NCBI GenBank assembly: GCA_964016885.1
Contig: OZ024749.1
Span: forward strand, 46,934,001-46,998,000
Length of the DNA: 64,000 bases
Source: Eledone cirrhosa
Taxonomy: Eukaryota
Direction of reading: 5' to 3'
The position numbers were made by a program, and so were the translations under genes. How positions within the stretch are numbered: the first letter of the stretch is position 1; each line of letters begins with the position of its first letter. The notes below the pieces were generated by a model. That model was not told the DNA's origin, searched no databases, and saw only the letters and a list, made by a program, of their open reading frames with translations. Below, piece by piece: positions 57,678 to 64,000 of the stretch.

Positions 57678-59183
57678 AATATTCATATTGCAAAATCATG
57701 TTACAATTGTTCGGTAGACCTAACTTAATAAAAGTATTTAATATATAAAATGCCAGTTCCATAATATACTACAATTTATTTGAATGATAAGACTCCACAA
57801 TTCAACCATATCGTTCTTACTATTAAAAACAAAATCTAGATACATACGCTGATATCATTTGAGGATTTTAAGATCCATATCAGTTCTGAATGAAAAACAC
57901 CACTGCCCAGATTGACTCCAGATATTACCAGCTTTTCGCCCTAGAATATTTACAACTTTACCGTAATGGATTTCCACTTATTTTTTACATTAGTGTAGTT
58001 AATGATTTCCACAATTTGACGCAATTTAAATGAATGCCTAATTGCCAATTGGTTGCTCCGATATATTGGGGAGATGTCTATAATCTGGGCATTTGCTACG
58101 AATATTATCGTTTCCAACCCAGTTACTTCTGGAAAGTTATATATTAATTATATATGCATTGATGGAAGAAATAAATATGTGCAATAGTTCATGTAACATG
58201 AAGCGCTGGTGTAGCTCTGATAACAGATCGGTAAAATCAATAACTTATATCATATAATTACATCCATTTACATTCAGATTTCAAAAATAAACTTTGCCTT
58301 TCAATCTTTCTAATATTGATATTATATATAGCAGTCGGACATACATGTTGATTAAACTCAGTTCCATCGCTAGACCTAGAAATCAATATATTATATATCA
58401 CATGCTTGTGTAAGCATATATAAGAGCTTTGCCTCTGTTGAATATATGATCTAAAATGTGTATGCATGTATATCAATGCAACAACCCTCTTCTCTGCAGG
58501 AGCTTCCATTATTTCGTTTGTGTCATGGTTACTTTCTAGAATGTGTCCAGGTATATTGAACAATTTCTGTGAGTCAGTATCCTTTTTTAACATTAACATT
58601 TATAAGGGTTATATGTATGACGTTGCCATGGCAGTATGAAGATGTGTAAAACTTGTATCTATACGATGTAGATTTCTATACTAGGAAGGTTACAGCGAAT
58701 TATAGATAGTTATGGTGGAATTGACCTATGGTGGAAGTTAATAAAGTGAAAATGTTATCATATCTGATGTCTCTTCTCATGAACACCTTGCATGTTACAA
58801 TTTAAACAATGATTATATGGACGCATATCAACAATTAAATGTTTTATTGTAATATCAGGTGGAGAAGATCAAGTATCTTGGGACGATTTTCCGCTACTTC
58901 TCCGATTAGAAATCACAACTCTAATGCTACGTAAACGGGTTAGGAATGACACAGTGAAGAATATATGGATATAATTTACGGACAAAGAAACCGAAAAGAC
59001 ACCAAAGCATTGATCCTGAGCAAAATGCTTCGATAACATCCATGACCTCGGCTGGGATCGCTGGGGATCAGGCCTGATCAGTTGGAAATTGTTTGTTCTG
59101 ACACATATAAACATATGGTTACATATGTGCTCCTCTAATGTCTTCCATAGCGGATAGCACATTGTCTATATGGGTATAATTCT

Positions 59184-59214
<31 letters not shown>

Positions 59215-60310
59215 TACATATATGTACATACTGTTTGTATTGCAGAAAATGTGTGTGAAATCAGTAAAATTATTATCACCTGCTGCTTCATGATATATCA
59301 CGTAACTTTTAAAGCGTATCTCTGGCGAGATATGAGTTACATAATAAAAGTGAAAATATAGGTATATATTAAAACGGTAGGAGTAATCGATAGAATTTTA
59401 AAGAATATTCCACTCATCTATATAAGTGGAAGAATCCAATGTGTAATGAGTCATACTTTCCTTCAAGACGCCCACACACGCACACACATATACCTATTTA
59501 AATATATATATATATATATATATTTCTATATTGATATAACGCATTTTCAATGAAATGAAACACAAATGTTTATCGATAATTTATCAATTCATGTTTCTTT
59601 TTTCATACCAACGTTTTTATATGCCTTCCACAAACTATTTCAATAGAACCTCATGTTGTCGTCTTAGCAAATTATGGGAAGCAGTATTCGCACAATGAAC
59701 GAATTACGTGTTAAATAGACAAATAAGAGAAAAATATATTGCGATGAAATTGGAAATCTTACAAATCAAACTATATTAAATTGAATTCGTAAATCTGAAG
59801 AGATAAACGATATATATAATCTAGAAATGTGGAAGCTATTATGTTATACTTTCGTGTGCGAATGAAAACAAGTAGGTTCTTTGTTTTCCGAGGACACGTC
59901 TTTCGAAAGTGCCTAACTTCTCAGACTCACCAGCAATTTAAAAATCAAACGAGATAATAATACTTTTAAGTTATTTTTTTTATTATATTGGAACTTATTT
60001 TAAAGCCTGGATTGGTGTTTTAATGTCCATAAATTTGGTCAAATTATTAAAGTATATCCATTCATATCGTGGGGAACGTCTTATTTAAAACATAATACAT
60101 GTAATCAAATGAAAGCAATTAAATAGTTTGTATTTTCCAGAGGTATACTAGGCACAGTGAAGAAAATAAATCATGTCCCTGTCGTCTTGTAATTTATTTC
60201 TATTTAGAAATAAGTTCGCAATACTCTGAAGACAATGAGTGAATCGTACGAAATGCGACTTATTTTAGGTTATACTGGCTTTACAGTGAAAATACATCAT
60301 TGATGGTTTC

Positions 60311-60340
<30 letters not shown>

Positions 60341-60344
<4 letters not shown>

Positions 60345-62020
60345 ATCATAATAAATTTGAAGACTAAAATCCAAAGAGGGCTCGAAAAGGATAAATATAT
60401 ATGAAATATATAAGAACCGTAGAGCGAATATTTATTAAAATAACAAATTAAATGTTAAGCAAAAAATCGCTGCTTTCACCCTTAACGGGATCTTTTGAAA
60501 CTAACAAAGTCAATCTGTACACGCACATGTGGCTATTTCCAAAAACGTTGCAACTGGAGGAAGACAGTAAGACGATACTTTGGTTTGTGGAAACGTTGCC
60601 TGGCAAAGAACAGGAAAAAACGAATATAATACGTCATTAATAGGAGCGGTGAAAACAATTAAGCGCAAAGACAGAACCACGTTTATGGTATAAAAGAGGT
60701 CGTAGACTAATGTTCTCTTAGGTGGTTCATAAAGACGTTCTCTGGCAATGAACGAAAAAAACAAAGATAATACGTCATATGTGGAGCGTGGAGAACAATT
60801 GCACGCAAAGACAAAACCAAGTAAATGGTATAGAAGAAGTCGTAGACTAAAATTCTAACTCGGAGACCGAATGAATCTCCGCTTCGGAGTTAAGAATAAA
60901 GTAAATAAATAAAATACAGAGGTAATATAAATTAAATAAATACATACACGGATACAAATATGTACATACACAAGCATACACGAACACACTTACCATAGGT
61001 ATACAAAACCACGCACATATAAATATGTGTGTGTGTGTGTGCGTGTATACAAATAAATAAACAATTAAATAAACGTATATAAATAAATAAATACGTATAT
61101 AACAAGCGCACACACATACCTACATGTAAATACACAAATGTTCGGAGACGTAAGTCAACCAAAACATGAGGTAGATATATAAACCCTATATAAATAAAAT
61201 AAATACGTACACGCATACAAATATGTACATACACAAGCATACACGAAAACACACCCTACATACGTAAGAACCTGCATACTCACACAGACGCAAAAGTCCC
61301 GTATATACAAAATCAAACCATATGTACCAGAATATATAAAATTATACGCCATAACATATGCAATCAAATATACGTACGAGAAAGTATACGTACCTTCACA
61401 AAACATACAGGTAATATATACTTACCTATGCAAATAAGTAATAGTATGAACAAAACATATACTTAGCTACACATCAAGACGTAAAATATCCACGTATAGA
61501 TCGTACTATCCGTTAGGTTATAACGTGGGCTGTAATACAGGAATGTTTTGTGCAATTTATGTTTACAAGCCGAAATTGCGTCAGATTTTTTGTTTAAGAT
61601 GTGGTCTGTGGCGTAGTGTATTTCTAGGGTCTCAGCGGCGCAGAGGTCACATGGTCTTTTATTTCCGTTATACAATCTAGCCCTAGCTAGGATCTTCCAG
61701 TGTAACTTATATTGGGTGTGGTTGTCTTTTAGACTCCAGATAAAAGCAGAAAGTGACGTCATATTCCTTTTTAGAGGGTAACGAAAAGAATGGGTATGCA
61801 TGTAAAGACGCTGCTTGAATCTATTGTCGTTTAACCCTATGTAGGCCCTACGGGACGTGGGTGTTTGAACCTTACATTTGTAGACAATGTTACTAGAGAG
61901 GCATTTCCCGGATAGGGGGCAATCAACCCGATTCCTACAATTACAGTTAGAGAAGATCCCGGTAAGGTTGAAACCAGCCATTGTTTGCTTAAACTTTAAC
62001 CTGTTATTTTAATAAATAAA
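60341..62020 (-). mobile_element. 5'-truncated Penelope-like element (family F): endonuclease end, ~1.1-kb 3' region with a hammerhead at 60452-60502, inverted hammerhead fragment at 61951-62020
   Basis: GIY-YIG ORF, shared family tail, inverted 3' piece at the 5' junction, (TA)n flanks. Confidence 0.88.
61463..61950 (-). CDS. PLE GIY-YIG endonuclease domain (N-terminally truncated, no RT)
   Basis: CNCRxxxxCPLxGxCL, IVY..YIG, FKQRxxxH, TSLSxFIW, WKIL, CDLCxxE, LNKK..CKH; the first ~10 residues of the listed ORF come from the inverted non-coding fragment. Confidence 0.85.
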
Positions 62021-62078
62021 TATATATATATATAGGAAGCCCTTATTGCATAGCAAACCATGTCACTCTTGTTTCTTG

Positions 62079-62126
<48 letters not shown>

Positions 62127-62579
62127 ATGTGTGTCTCTGTGTGTGTATGTATGTGTGTGTATGTGTGTGGGTGTATGTGTGTGTGTGTATGTGTGTGTGT
62201 GTGTGTGTGTGTGTAAACAATAAGTAACTATAGTTTGAAGTATTATGCTCATCAAAACTCACCTCATTTTCTCATTAGTTCTTATACGCAATAAATAATC
62301 TGGTTTCTTATAACATAGGATGATCTAAATTCGTCTTTTATACTATGATATAAATCGTGTTTACTAAGCATTTAATATCGAAATATCAATTGTAATAATT
62401 TAATGCTCCTAAGTTGCTCTGAAAATTTCTCAACATTCAGATACTATATTAAACATTACACGATGTACAGGCACGCACAAAACATGTGCATACACAAATA
62501 CACGAACAACAACAGAAACACACACACACAAACACTCACGCGCGCAGACACATACACACACACACACACACACATCCAC

Positions 62580-62687
<108 letters not shown>

Positions 62688-62697
62688 GTATATATAT

Positions 62698-62780
<83 letters not shown>

Positions 62781-62801
62781 TATATATATGTATATATATA
62801 T

Positions 62802-62869
<68 letters not shown>

Positions 62870-62882
62870 GTATATATATATG

Positions 62883-62943
<61 letters not shown>

Positions 62944-63143
62944 ATATATATATATTGATACATAGATAGATATAGATATATAATCCAGTCAGTGAAACAC
63001 CAAGTAACTAGGTAGTGTCCAATCACACACCTTGTGTTTTCTTGTATTAACATTATATTATCCTTACATACTTGCTAACAAACACACTTACACACATATT
63101 CATACAAGCATGCATACACACATACACGCATCACGCAAATATG

Positions 63144-63246
<103 letters not shown>

Positions 63247-64000
63247 ATACACAGTAAATCGTGTGTCTAAAATGCTCAGTATTTATACTTTAGCTATTAG
63301 TATGAATTATTAACTCTCTCTTTTACTTGTATATATATATATATATATATATATGAAATGTTGTAAGGCGCGCTTATTAATATATAAGTTATTTATCTGT
63401 ATGTAGTATAGTTCAGGGAAAGATTATTGATATATAAATTTAATAATTTATCAGGAAGTCTATTTTTTTTTCACAAAAGTATCATGCTGGAAGCCTAGTT
63501 GTTGTTTTTCGTGAAATAAAAATTGGTAGCTTCAATGTTGAAATCATTAAAATAAACGAATTTCAAGTATCGTTGGATTTAAGGTGAAGCTTCATTAACA
63601 TATTTTTATGAAAATTCTGGGAACTAACGTTAAGTACTTTTTTTATAAATATATCATAGTTTTCATCCTTTAAATATATATAATAAAATACATATGCTCG
63701 TAAAATATGACGTAAATATGGGAATATTTGAGTTAAGAAAAAACCCAGTAAAATTTGAGAAAATAAGTACAAAATGTAGGTATGAATAACAAAATAGAAG
63801 TACACTAGAATTGTATGATAGGATATGTTGGAACGGTGCTAAGGAAGGAACATAACAATTTCATTTATAGAAGGGGTTAACAGAGTTTTGAAATAGACTA
63901 AAAGACAGGAAAGAGAAAGTAAATTGTATATAGAAAAAAGAAAAAGAGAATATCTAGAAAATTAGAAAGAAAGGTGGAAATGATATCAGCATATATATAT

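Noticed and set aside
61951-61981. ATG start for a stand-alone GIY-YIG gene
   Set aside because: The ATG lies in the inverted non-coding hammerhead fragment; fortuitous fusion

Overview
AT-rich, microsatellite-saturated animal genomic DNA; the SINE family and repeat landscape suggest an octopod cephalopod (inference). No host protein-coding gene is recognisable, and nearly all listed ORFs are (TA)n/(CA)n/(AAT)n artefacts. Recognisable elements: a near full-length but decayed R4/Dong-type non-LTR retrotransposon (RT, zinc knuckle, restriction-like endonuclease; ~39.9-43.5 kb), a 5'-truncated Penelope-like element (PLE) with a GIY-YIG endonuclease ORF (60.3-62.0 kb), a CRE-like 3' fragment, six loci of a tRNA-derived SINE, a hAT MITE with an 8-bp TSD, and a histone H2B C-terminal fragment. 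The main hidden signal is a very high density of type I hammerhead ribozyme (HHR) motifs: about 15 complete or near-complete ones plus several partial ones, from many unrelated non-coding families. They sit between (TA)n arrays in PLE/retrozyme-like arrangements (partial tandem repeats, inverted ends, circular permutation). Highlights are a 559-bp tandem unit with two in-register HHRs (candidate circular-RNA retrozyme), recurrent non-canonical cores (U.U at 10.1/11.1; U4A), and a family of 60-bp perfect palindromes that look like snap-back products at HHR stem II. All folds were read by eye and activity is untested.
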